Shown one piece after another: positions 1 to 9,208 of a DNA stretch of 62,780 bases (within the stretch, counting starts at the first letter, position 1; each line of letters starts with the position of its first letter). The notes under the pieces are model-generated. The model worked only from the letters and a program-made list of their open reading frames with translations. It did not search any database and was not told the origin of the DNA. The translations under genes were made by a program, and so were the position numbers. The stretch comes from an uncultured Gemmatimonas sp. Its GTDB lineage: Bacteria; Gemmatimonadota; Gemmatimonadetes; Gemmatimonadales; Gemmatimonadaceae. The DNA lies in assembly GCA_964586985.1 (NCBI GenBank), contig CAZPJX010000001.1, positions 1 through 62,780 of the forward strand, read 5' to 3'.

Positions 1-2679
1 GAGGCGATGCGGGTAGCCTACGCGCGCCGCAACCGCGATCTCGACCCGCAACTGGTGTGGCGCGGCAAGGACGAGCAGGACGCCGCCGATCTCGTGGTGA
101 ACGCGCCGCCGCTCTACATCCAGGAGAAGGTGCATCCCAAGGCGCTGGTGGACGACCTGCTGCGCCAGACCCGCGAGCAGCAGCACGACCGCGGCGAGCT
201 CATGGCCGATCTGTTTGCCGACTTTAACGGCATTCCCAGGGATGCCGACAAGACGGAGTTCTATCAGCACGATCAGAACTGGACCAACCGCATGATCCTC
301 GGCGATTCGCTGCAGGTCATGGCCAGTCTCGCCGAGCGCGAAGGCCTGCGTGGCAAGGTCCAGTGCATCTACTTCGATCCGCCGTACGGAATCAAGTTCA
401 ACAGCAACTTTCAGTGGAGCACCACGTCACGCGATGTGAAGGACGGCAATGCCGCGCACATCACGCGTGAACCCGAGCAGGTGAAAGCGTTCCGTGACAC
501 GTGGCGGGACGGGATTCATTCGTATCTCACGTATTTGCGGGATAGGCTGGAGACCGCGCGGGATTTGCTGAATGAGAGTGGGTCGATCTTTGTGCAGATC
601 GGAGACGAGAATGTGCATCGCGTGCGAGAGCTACTCGACGAGGTTTTCGGAGAAACAAACTTCGTTTCACAGGTCTCATTCCGTACAACAACAGGACTCG
701 GCGATCAGTTCCTCGACTCATCGTGCAACTATTTGGTCTGGTATGGGAAGGACAAGTCAAGGTTGAAGTATCGCGCACTCTTCAGGCCGAAGGGTCTCGC
801 AGAAGACGTAGGCGGTCGCTATCGGCGGATTCAGTTGGACGATCTGCGGCGGCGGTCCATGTCGACCGCAGAACGAAATGATGCGACAACGATGCCGGAT
901 GGGGCGTTGATATTCCGCAACGACAACCTAACATCACAAAGCGGTACAGATGCATCGGCCTTTCCGATCACTTACCGTGGGCGAGCTTTCCGGCCGGGCC
1001 GCGGCTATTGGAAGACCAACGAAGTTGGAGTTCGGCGATTGCTTGAGGCAGATCGAATCGCGAGTCCAACTGACAACTCAATTCAGTACGTTCGGTTTCT
1101 GAACGACTTCTCAGTATCCAAGTTCAGTAACGTTTGGACCGACACACAGACAGGGGCATTCACTGACGACAAGGTCTACGTCGTTCAGACGAACACCAAG
1201 GTCATCGATCGTTGCGTTTTGATGACAACCGACCCCGGCGACCTCGTCCTCGACCCAACCTGCGGTTCAGGAACAACCGCATACGTCGCCGAACAGTGGG
1301 GCCGCCGCTGGATCACCATCGACACTTCGCGCGTCGCCCTCGCACTCGCGCGCGCACGCATCATGGGCGCGCGCTACGCATCGTACTTGCTCGCCGACTC
1401 ACGCGAAGGCCAGCTTAAGGAAGCCGAGGTCACACGCTCGGCCCCATCCACGGCCCCTACGACCGGCAACATCCGCCACGGCTTCGTCTACGAGCGCGTG
1501 CCGCATGTCACGCTCAAGTCCATCGCGAACAACGCGGAAATCGATGTCATCTGGGAGAAGTACCAGCCCACACTGGAACTCTTCCGCACCTCGCTCAACA
1601 AGGCACTCAAGAAGGGCTGGGAAGAGTGGGAGATCCCGCGCGACGCCGACACCAGGTGGCCAGCAACCGCAACCGAAGCACACACCGAGTGGTGGAAAAC
1701 GCGCATAGCCCGTCAACGCGAGATCGACGCCAGCATCGCGGCCAAAGCCGATGTGGAATACCTCTACGACCGTCCCTACGAAGACCGAAAGAAGGTGCGC
1801 GTAGCCGGCCCTTTCACCGTGGAATCGCTGTCACCGCACCGCATGATCGCGGCCGATGACCACGATACGCCCACCGACAAGGTCATGGAACGCAAGACCG
1901 GCTACGCCTCCGGCCGTGATTTCGCGTCCATGATTCTCGACAACCTGCGCTCGGCCGGCGTGCAGCAGACGGCCAAGGCCGACCGCATCACGTTCACGTC
2001 GCTCACGCTATGGCCCGGCAGCCTGGTGTGTGCCGATGGTCGCTACCTCGAAGGCGACACCGAAAAGCGCGCCGCCATTTTCATCGGCCCGGAGTTCGGC
2101 ACCGTCACCCGCCCCGATCTCGTCAGTGCCGCACGTGAAGCCGCCGAAAGCGGCTTCGACGCACTCATTGCCTGCGCCTTCAACTTCGAGGCCCACACCA
2201 CCGAGTTCGTCAAACTCGGCAAGGTGCCGGTGCTCAAGGCGCGCATGAACGCCGACCTGCACATGGCCGAGGACCTCAAGAAGACCGACAAGGCCAACCT
2301 GTTCGTGGTGTTTGGTGAGCCCGACATCAGCATCCTCGATGCCGACAGCGGGCGCGTGCAGGTCAAGGTCAATGGCGTGGACGTGTTCGACCCCAGCACC
2401 GGCGAGGTACGCTCCGACGACGCCGATGGCATCGCCTGCTGGTTCGTGGATACCGATTACAACGAAGAAAGCTTCTTCGTGCGGCACGCCTACTTTCTGG
2501 GCGCCAACGATCCCTACAAGGCGCTCAAGACCACGCTCAAGGCCGAGATCGATGCGGACGCATGGGCCTCGCTCAACAGCGACACATCGCGCCCCTTCAA
2601 TCGGCCGCAATCCGGCCGCATCGCCGTCAAGGTCATCAACCACCTTGGGGATGAGGTGATGAAGGTGTTTAAAGTCTGA
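1..2679 (+). CDS. Site-specific DNA methyltransferase, beta class (type III R-M Mod-like), probably 5'-truncated by the window edge
   Basis: Catalytic DPPY motif (IYFDPPYG) precedes the SAM-binding motif (VLDPTCGSGTT), with a variable region between them. The frame is open from base 1 (GAG GCG ATG), so the true start may lie upstream. Confidence 0.9.
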   Translation, partial: EAMRVAYARRNRDLDPQLVWRGKDEQDAADLVVNAPPLYIQEKVHPKALVDDLLRQTREQQHDRGELMADLFADFNGIPRDADKTEFYQHDQNWTNRMILGDSLQVMASLAEREGLRGKVQCIYFDPPYGIKFNSNFQWSTTSRDVKDGNAAHITREPEQVKAFRDTWRDGIHSYLTYLRDRLETARDLLNESGSIFVQIGDENVHRVRELLDEVFGETNFVSQVSFRTTTGLGDQFLDSSCNYLVWYGKDKSRLKYRALFRPKGLAEDVGGRYRRIQLDDLRRRSMSTAERNDATTMPDGALIFRNDNLTSQSGTDASAFPITYRGRAFRPGRGYWKTNEVGVRRLLEADRIASPTDNSIQYVRFLNDFSVSKFSNVWTDTQTGAFTDDKVYVVQTNTKVIDRCVLMTTDPGDLVLDPTCGSGTTAYVAEQWGRRWITIDTSRVALALARARIMGARYASYLLADSREGQLKEAEVTRSAPSTAPTTGNIRHGFVYERVPHVTLKSIANNAEIDVIWEKYQPTLELFRTSLNKALKKGWEEWEIPRDADTRWPATATEAHTEWWKTRIARQREIDASIAAKADVEYLYDRPYEDRKKVRVAGPFTVESLSPHRMIAADDHDTPTDKVMERKTGYASGRDFASMILDNLRSAGVQQTAKADRITFTSLTLWPGSLVCADGRYLEGDTEKRAAIFIGPEFGTVTRPDLVSAAREAAESGFDALIACAFNFEAHTTEFVKLGKVPVLKARMNADLHMAEDLKKTDKANLFVVFGEPDISILDADSGRVQVKVNGVDVFDPSTGEVRSDDADGIACWFVDTDYNEESFFVRHAYFLGANDPYKALKTTLKAEIDADAWASLNSDTSRPFNRPQSGRIAVKVINHLGDEVMKVFKV

Positions 2680-2702
2680 CCTCTCACGCCAGGCAGCCAG
2701 CC

Positions 2703-3413
2703 ATGTCCGATCTCCTCGTCCTCACCGGCGCCGGCCGCGCCGGCCAGCTCGGTGAAGCCCTCGCGGCGCATTTCGCCGCGGCCGGATTCTCGCTTGCCCT
2801 CGTCAGTCGCACCCGCGCCGAAGCTGAGGCCCGCATGGCCGGCCTGCCACAGGCAGCAATTGGCCAGCGCTTCACCGCACACGCCGCCGATCTCTCCAAT
2901 CCCGCCGCCACGGAGAAGCTGGCCGCCGAGGTGCTCGCCGCACATGGCACCACTGGCGTCCACGCCGTGATCTGCGCGGCTGGTGGCTTCGGCGCCACGG
3001 GGTCCGTCTCCGATGCCGACCCGGACGCCTGGCACAAGCAGTTTGCCATCAACGTCGACACCGCCTTTGCCACCACGCGCGCGTTCCTGCCGGCGCTGCG
3101 CGAGGCCAGGGGCAGCCTCGTCTACTTTGGCTCCGCAGCCGTGCTGCCTGGCGGTTCGCCCAAGGGTCTCGCCGCCTATGCCGCCGCCAAGAGTGGTGTA
3201 CTCAGCCTCATGCGCTCGGTGGCGCTCGACGAGAAGCCCCACGGCGTGCGTGCCAACGCCGTTGCCCCCACGGCCATTCGCACCAGCGCCAATCTGGCGG
3301 ACATGGGCGACAAGACCTTCTACGTGGAACGCGAATCGGTGGCCGAGGTGGTGGCGTTCCTCATCAGTCCGGCTGCCCGCAACATGACAGGTCAAGTGCT
3401 GACACTCGCATGA
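2703..3413 (+). CDS. SDR family NAD(P)-dependent oxidoreductase
   Basis: N-terminal TGAGRAGQLG Rossmann motif, YAAAK catalytic motif and GVRANAVAP. Confidence 0.9.
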   Translation: MSDLLVLTGAGRAGQLGEALAAHFAAAGFSLALVSRTRAEAEARMAGLPQAAIGQRFTAHAADLSNPAATEKLAAEVLAAHGTTGVHAVICAAGGFGATGSVSDADPDAWHKQFAINVDTAFATTRAFLPALREARGSLVYFGSAAVLPGGSPKGLAAYAAAKSGVLSLMRSVALDEKPHGVRANAVAPTAIRTSANLADMGDKTFYVERESVAEVVAFLISPAARNMTGQVLTLA

Positions 3414-3513
3414 CGGCATGGGGTACCAATAGTACGTTCGAAATCTGCTGTCTTTCGGGTGCCTCGATCGTTTCATAGCTTTTGTCCTGCCCCCAACCGT
3501 CTCTGTCATCACG

Positions 3514-4206
3514 ATGCCCCTTCCCACTCGCCACCGAGCCAATCGTCGGGATCAACCTGCGTATCTGCTACCCGAGGCGGCGCGATATGCGCGCGTGGCC
3601 CCGGCAACGCTGCGCGCGTGGGTGGCGGGCCGGAACTACATAAAGCAAACTGGGCCGGCGTTTTCTCCGCCTCTGATCCGCCCGGCAGACGCCACCAAAC
3701 GGATTCTGTCGTTCAATAACCTGATCGAAGCACATGTCCTCCAGGCGCTCCGCACCACACACGGCGTGCCTATTCGGGAAGTCCGAACCGCTTTGGAGTA
3801 CGCGCAACAGCAGTTGCGGATCGACCGACTCCTACTGAGCAAGCAGCTCATGACATCGGCCGGGGAGTTGTTCCTGGATCGCTATGGTCAGCTCATCAGC
3901 CTCAATCCAGCGGGTCAGCTCGCTATGAAAATGATGCTCGATGCGCACTTGCAGCGCGTCGAATGGGATGATGGCGTGCCCATCAAGCTATATCCATTCG
4001 TCACGGCCGTCGCCGATGGTGTGCGTCCCATAGCAATCGATCCGGAAGTATCGTTTGGGCGTCCAACGCTGGCAGAATCGCGTATTTCAACTGAATCCAT
4101 CGTACAACGCATCGATTCGGGTGAAAGTGTGCAAGCCATCGCAGAAGACTACGACATCACGGCACGCGAAGTAGAGGAAGCCGTTCTCTACGAAATGGCT
4201 GCGTGA
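3514..4206 (+). CDS. DUF433-domain putative antitoxin with N-terminal HTH (VapB45/Rv2018-like)
   Basis: HTH-like EAARYARVAPATLRAWV, LSFNNLIE and C-terminal IDPEVSFGRP...IAEDY DUF433 signature. Overlaps the downstream PIN gene (GTGA). Confidence 0.85.
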   Translation: MPLPTRHRANRRDQPAYLLPEAARYARVAPATLRAWVAGRNYIKQTGPAFSPPLIRPADATKRILSFNNLIEAHVLQALRTTHGVPIREVRTALEYAQQQLRIDRLLLSKQLMTSAGELFLDRYGQLISLNPAGQLAMKMMLDAHLQRVEWDDGVPIKLYPFVTAVADGVRPIAIDPEVSFGRPTLAESRISTESIVQRIDSGESVQAIAEDYDITAREVEEAVLYEMAA

Positions 4207-4619
4207 GCTGGACGTTTTTCACCGATCGCGATTTGGGAGAACAATTCCCTGCTTTCCTCAAGGAAGCAGGGTTCTCTATTGAACGGCATGCAGATCACTT
4301 CAAGCACAATGAGAAGGACGAGGTATGGCTTCGGGTCATAGCGAAGCGCGGATGGGTCATTCTCACGCACGACCAGCGTATCCGCTACAAGGTCAACGAA
4401 AAGGAAGCCGTCCTGCTCAGCCGCGCTCGCATGTTGGTGGTCATCGCTAAGTTGCCCTACCCCGACCTCGCGCGTGGAGTGGTGAACACCCACAGACGTA
4501 TTCTGGCTTTTCTCGACCGCACACCCGCGCCTTTTATCGCGAAGATCTACCAGCCAGCATCGGTGGTACTTCTGAGAAATCCTCAGGCCTCGGGTCGTCT
4601 GGAGCTGCGGCTGCCATAG
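4203..4619 (+). CDS. PIN-like domain toxin (VapC45/Rv2019-like)
   Basis: FFTDRDLG, D-x-x-W (KDEVWL), GWVILTHDQRIR and E motifs. Translationally coupled to the DUF433 gene. Confidence 0.85.
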   Translation: MSWTFFTDRDLGEQFPAFLKEAGFSIERHADHFKHNEKDEVWLRVIAKRGWVILTHDQRIRYKVNEKEAVLLSRARMLVVIAKLPYPDLARGVVNTHRRILAFLDRTPAPFIAKIYQPASVVLLRNPQASGRLELRLP

Positions 4620-4628
4620 GTTCGTTGT

Positions 4629-5591
4629 GTGGCTACATTTTGCTCACACCTCGCTACCAGGCCGCTCCCCGTGTCCGCCGATCGCAACGTCCCCTGCCCC
4701 TGCGGCTCTGGCCGCAAGTTCAAGAAGTGCCACGGCGCCGCCGTGCCTCCAGAAGTGGCAGCGCTCCCCGCCCCCGAACGCGAGCGCCTGCAACGTGCTG
4801 TGCAACTCATCGAACGCGATCGGCGCATCCACCAGGAGCTGCTCGACTGGTGCGACCGCAGGCTCGGTCCAGAGTGGGCCAACGCGGCACTCGATCAGTT
4901 TGCTGGTGGTCCGGAGCACGAGCTCTCAGAATACGACGAGAGTTTCTACGCGCACTGGCTACTGCATCACCGCCCCGCCTCGTCCACCACAGCCTCACCG
5001 GCCGTGCAGTGGCTCGAGGCACAGCGCACCAGGCACGGCGCGCGCATGGATGCCGACGTGGACGCCCTGCTCACCGCTCAGCGTGACTCGCGCATCGGCC
5101 TCTGGCGTGTGACGCAGGTGGAGGCCGGTGTGGGCTACGGATTGCACGATCTGCTCACCGGCACCACCGCCTTTGTCTACGACGATGCGGGTACACTCGG
5201 TGAGCTGCCGGACGATGTATGCCTCGGCTACCTGCTCACGCTCGACGACCTGCAACTCATACTCGGCACGCATCTCGACCTGTTGCCGCTGGACGAAGCC
5301 GAACAGGTGGCGCAGCAGGTACGCACCATGGCAACGGTTGACACAGATCCTGCATCGCATGAGCAGGCACAGACCGGGTCTGCGCCCTCAGGCAGCCGGT
5401 CAGGGGGGGCGATACCCGCAGGCCGCGTGTCACGCGAGTTTCTGGCCGACCCGCTGCGCCACGTCCGCTTGCGCAACCTGTGGCATGAACACGCGGCAAG
5501 CTATTGGGGTGCCGTCGGCAACGATACTGGCGCGCTTCACGATGGCATCCTCGATGAGTCCCACAGCACCGCTCCCGGAGAGCATCCATGA
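4629..5591 (+). CDS. SEC-C metal-binding motif protein
   Basis: RNVPCPCGSGRKFKKCHG at the N-terminus; remainder unassigned. Confidence 0.8.
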   Translation: MATFCSHLATRPLPVSADRNVPCPCGSGRKFKKCHGAAVPPEVAALPAPERERLQRAVQLIERDRRIHQELLDWCDRRLGPEWANAALDQFAGGPEHELSEYDESFYAHWLLHHRPASSTTASPAVQWLEAQRTRHGARMDADVDALLTAQRDSRIGLWRVTQVEAGVGYGLHDLLTGTTAFVYDDAGTLGELPDDVCLGYLLTLDDLQLILGTHLDLLPLDEAEQVAQQVRTMATVDTDPASHEQAQTGSAPSGSRSGGAIPAGRVSREFLADPLRHVRLRNLWHEHAASYWGAVGNDTGALHDGILDESHSTAPGEHP

Positions 5592-6412
5592 AACGTCGTC
5601 ACTTCGTCTCCACGTCCTTGGGGGCCGCCGGCGCCATCGCCGCCGGAGCGCTGACCCCATCCACTTCCTTCGCCCGCGTCACCGGATCCACACCGATGTC
5701 AGACACCGCCACCACTGCCCCACGCGCCACGCGCAAGATCCTCATCGCCGGTGGGGGCTTCCGCACCAGGTTCATTGGCTACATGGCGCAGCTCACCGGG
5801 AAGACGCGCCCGCGCATCTGTTATCTCCCTACCGCCTCCGCCGACTCGCCGCAGTCTGCCATCGGCTTCTTCCAGGCCTGCGCTCCACTCAACGTGGAGC
5901 CATTCGTGCAGAATGCCTTCATCGAAAGCCTCTCCCAAACCCAGGGCTGGGACGAGGTCCTCCTCTCGGCCGACGCCATCGTCTGCTCGGGCGGCAACAC
6001 CCTCAATCAGCAGGCCATCTGGCAGGCGCAGGGCATCGATGAGGTGCTTCGTCAGGCCTGGGACCGCGGCATCGTGCTTGGTGGCGCGAGCGCGGGTTCT
6101 CTCTGCTGGTTCGAGGAAGGCACGACCGATTCACGCCCCAAGGCCCTGTCCATCGTGAAGTGCCTCGGGTTGCTCAAGGGCAGTCACTCGCCCCACTACG
6201 ATGCCGAGGCCGGACGCCGTCCGCTCTATCAACAGCTGATCGGCTCTGGACAGATGAAGCCTGGCTATGCCTGCGATAACGACGCCGGCATCTATTTCGA
6301 GGACAACGAAGTCAAGCGCGTCGTGCACACCCGCGCCGATGCCATGGTCTACCATGTGAGCGTCGTGAACGGAAAGGTCGTGGAACGACGGATGCAACCC
6401 GAGATGATCTGA
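5588..6412 (+). CDS. Peptidase S51 family (dipeptidase E-like), Tat signal
   Basis: KRRHFV twin-arginine leader; PTAS, SGGNT, GASAG nucleophile elbow and SPHY. Confidence 0.88.
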   Translation: MKRRHFVSTSLGAAGAIAAGALTPSTSFARVTGSTPMSDTATTAPRATRKILIAGGGFRTRFIGYMAQLTGKTRPRICYLPTASADSPQSAIGFFQACAPLNVEPFVQNAFIESLSQTQGWDEVLLSADAIVCSGGNTLNQQAIWQAQGIDEVLRQAWDRGIVLGGASAGSLCWFEEGTTDSRPKALSIVKCLGLLKGSHSPHYDAEAGRRPLYQQLIGSGQMKPGYACDNDAGIYFEDNEVKRVVHTRADAMVYHVSVVNGKVVERRMQPEMI

Positions 6413-6546
6413 GCCGGGCACGTCAGGCGACTTCACCTGGGCCAGCGCTGGCGCCTGCAGATGCGCCGCAATCAGCGCCAGCACGTTTGCGCTTCGGGAC
6501 ACGTTCCGCTGGCGTTCTGACGGATGGCTGACCAGCTTACCTCCCG

Positions 6547-7404
6547 ATGACCCTCGCCGCCCGACGACGCCCGGTCGTGCGCGGGATCGTCCTCGACCGC
6601 TCGCTCGAGGAACTCCCGCTCTTTCGCCTGAGCGACTCCGCTGACGATGCGCCCGTCTCGTTCATGACCGAGAACGGCGGGCGCTGGCGTGTCATCCCTG
6701 CTCCCGGCGACCGCCTGCCCGGCACCTTCGATCAGGACGTCTACGTTGAGTTGCTGCATCGCTACCACGAAGCCGGTTCCCCTGCGGATGGAGCCATCAC
6801 CTTCACGCTGCACGCCTTCCTGCGCTCCATGGGGCGCCGCGCCGACGGGCGCACCTACGAGCAGCTTCGGGCGGCACTGACCAGACTCGAGCGCACCACG
6901 CTCGAATCCCTCGGGGCCTACTGGTCGGCCCAGAGCGCGCTGGCCGATACCAGCTTCACCGTCCTCTCCACGGTGTCGGTGCAACGCCGACGCGTGGCGG
7001 ACCGGGAGCAACTGCACCTATTTGGCAATCTCGCGGCCGGCGAACCGGGAGATGCCCGGGTCATTCTCTCCGCCATCCTGCGCGCCAACCTCGCTGCTCG
7101 GCACGTGGTCACCCTCTCCGCCAGCCGCTACCACGCGTTGTCCTCCCCAGTGGCTCGGCGCCTCTACCGTATGCTCGAGGTGGCTCGGGCCGACGGCCGA
7201 CTCTCCTGGCGGGTGCCGCTGGAGCGGCTGGCCGAACAGTTGCCGCTCACCCAGCGATACCCATCGCACCTCCAGCGCGTCCTTCAACCAGCCCATGAAA
7301 TGCTGCTCAGTGCCGGGCTGGTGCGTGACATCGCCATCCGCCAATACGACCGGCAATGGCATGTCGACTATGTCCTGGGGTCCCGCCCGCGCGACGAAAG
7401 CTGA
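6547..7404 (+). CDS. Plasmid-type replication initiator protein A (RepA/RPA-like winged-helix)
   Basis: LEELPLFRL, PGTFDQDVY..LL, ITFTLHAFLRSMG, G..YEQL..AL.RL and Y..LSSP.ARRLY..L motifs resemble RPA-family initiators. Confidence 0.7.
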   Translation: MTLAARRRPVVRGIVLDRSLEELPLFRLSDSADDAPVSFMTENGGRWRVIPAPGDRLPGTFDQDVYVELLHRYHEAGSPADGAITFTLHAFLRSMGRRADGRTYEQLRAALTRLERTTLESLGAYWSAQSALADTSFTVLSTVSVQRRRVADREQLHLFGNLAAGEPGDARVILSAILRANLAARHVVTLSASRYHALSSPVARRLYRMLEVARADGRLSWRVPLERLAEQLPLTQRYPSHLQRVLQPAHEMLLSAGLVRDIAIRQYDRQWHVDYVLGSRPRDES

Positions 7405-7524
7405 GGAGGTGGTGCGGCAGGGGACTTCCGTCCCCCGTCATCCGCCGCCTGTTCAGGGAACAGCGCCACATCCGATGCGTACGTACCTGAAGTACCTTAT
7501 CGGTCCCACCTTCGCGAGACCCGC

Positions 7525-9132
7525 ATGACCCGAAACCGCAAGGCCGCTCTGGCCGCCACCCTGCTCGTCCCCTTGCTCGCCTCCGGCTTCGCCCTGCAGG
7601 CCCGCACGACGCAGACTGGTGCCCAGCTCCTCGATCAGGTGTTGACCTTCGTGGCCCTGCGCTACGTCGACACGCTCGATGCGCAGCAACTCTATGAGAA
7701 GGCTGCGCGTGGGCTCGTCAAGGAGCTCAACGATCCCTACACCGAACTCTTCACGCCCAAGCAGCTCGAGGAGTTCTCTCGCAACACCAACGGGCGCTAT
7801 GCCGGCATCGGCATGGAGATCGTAAAGATCGGCGACTACGTCACCGTCAACAAAGTCTTCCCCGGCTCCCCCGCCGAACAGGGTGGCGTGCTGGAGGGCG
7901 ACAAGATCGCCATCATCGATACCTCGAACGCCCGCGGCTATAGCACCCAGCAGGTGCAGAACAAGCTGCTGGGCCCCATTGGCACCCAGGTCAACGTGCA
8001 GTTCCTGCGCATTGGCGTCGGGCAGCCAGTGAAGCTGAGCTTCAAGCGCGCCGAGATCCATGTGCCGGCCGTGCCCTACACCATGATGCTCGATGAGCGC
8101 ACCGGGTATGTCCCGCTCACGCGCTTCTCGGAACAGACCACCGAGGACATCGCCAACGCGGTGCTCGCACTGCGCAAGCAGGGCGCCAAGGGCATCATTA
8201 TCGATCTGCGCGGCAATCCTGGTGGAATCCTCGAGGAAGCGTTCGCCATGTCGAACCTCTTCCTGCCCAAGGGCAAGGAGCTGCTGTCGGTGCGCGGGCG
8301 CGGCGAGTTCCAGAAGTTCGTCTCGCAGCAGGATCCACTTGCACCCGACGTGCCACTGCTCGTCCTGGTCGACGGCGGTTCGGCCTCCGCCTCGGAGATC
8401 GTGGCCGGCGCATTGCAGGACTACGACCGCGCTTATGTGCTGGGCACCACCTCGTTCGGCAAGGGGCTCGTCCAGTCGGTCTATAACCTCGACGGCGGCT
8501 ACGCCCTCAAGATCACCACGGGCAAGTGGTACACCCCGTCTGGCCGCTCCATCCAGAAGGAGCGCAAGATGACGGCCGATGGCCAGTTCCTCGAGGTCAT
8601 GCCCGACTCCATGGAGACGGATTCGGTGCGCAAGGCTCGCCCCACCTACCAGTCGGCCTCGGGTCGCACGCTCTATGGTGGTGGTGGCATCACGCCCGAC
8701 ATGATCGTTGCGCCGGACACGCTCACCAGCGCTGAACAGGCGCTGCGCCGTGCCCTGCTGCCATACTTCGGCAAGTATCAGGCGCATATCCTCACCGTGG
8801 CCCAGGAGCAGCAAGGCAAGGTGGGGCCCAACTTCAAGGTCGACCCGGCATGGCGTGAGGAGATCTACAAGCGCCTCACCGCCGATACGGTCAAGATCGA
8901 CAAGGCCATCTGGGACGCAGGGGCCAGCGACGTGGATCGCTTCATAGAGGACCGTGTTGCCAAGGTCGCCTACGGTGATACGCTGGTGCTGCGCCGGAAC
9001 CTCCGCGTGGATAACCAGTTGCGCCGCGCCATGGAGCTCATGCGCAAGGGGACGACGCAACAGGAAATCTTCGCAGCGGCCGCAAAGGAACCCACCGCCA
9101 AACCCGCCGCGACGCGGCGGAATGGGACCTGA
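7525..9132 (+). CDS. S41 family carboxyl-terminal processing protease (CtpA/Prc-like) with PDZ domain
   Basis: Signal peptide; DPYT, GIG, GSPA...GDKI (PDZ); DLRGNPGG, SASASE and FGKG.VQ motifs. Confidence 0.93.
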   Translation: MTRNRKAALAATLLVPLLASGFALQARTTQTGAQLLDQVLTFVALRYVDTLDAQQLYEKAARGLVKELNDPYTELFTPKQLEEFSRNTNGRYAGIGMEIVKIGDYVTVNKVFPGSPAEQGGVLEGDKIAIIDTSNARGYSTQQVQNKLLGPIGTQVNVQFLRIGVGQPVKLSFKRAEIHVPAVPYTMMLDERTGYVPLTRFSEQTTEDIANAVLALRKQGAKGIIIDLRGNPGGILEEAFAMSNLFLPKGKELLSVRGRGEFQKFVSQQDPLAPDVPLLVLVDGGSASASEIVAGALQDYDRAYVLGTTSFGKGLVQSVYNLDGGYALKITTGKWYTPSGRSIQKERKMTADGQFLEVMPDSMETDSVRKARPTYQSASGRTLYGGGGITPDMIVAPDTLTSAEQALRRALLPYFGKYQAHILTVAQEQQGKVGPNFKVDPAWREEIYKRLTADTVKIDKAIWDAGASDVDRFIEDRVAKVAYGDTLVLRRNLRVDNQLRRAMELMRKGTTQQEIFAAAAKEPTAKPAATRRNGT

Positions 9133-9208
9133 GATCGGCTCTCGTCACGCCTCATCTCGGTACTAATCCGAATTGCCGCATGGGCAGACCCGTTCTACGG
9201 TTCTGCCC

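Noticed and set aside
7453-9060. Long antisense ORFs (e.g. 7453-9060 -, 43653-44993 +, 50428-51663 +, 38504-39760 -, 61041-62264 -)
   Set aside because: They shadow well-supported genes, lack recognisable motifs, and are expected from high-GC codon bias.
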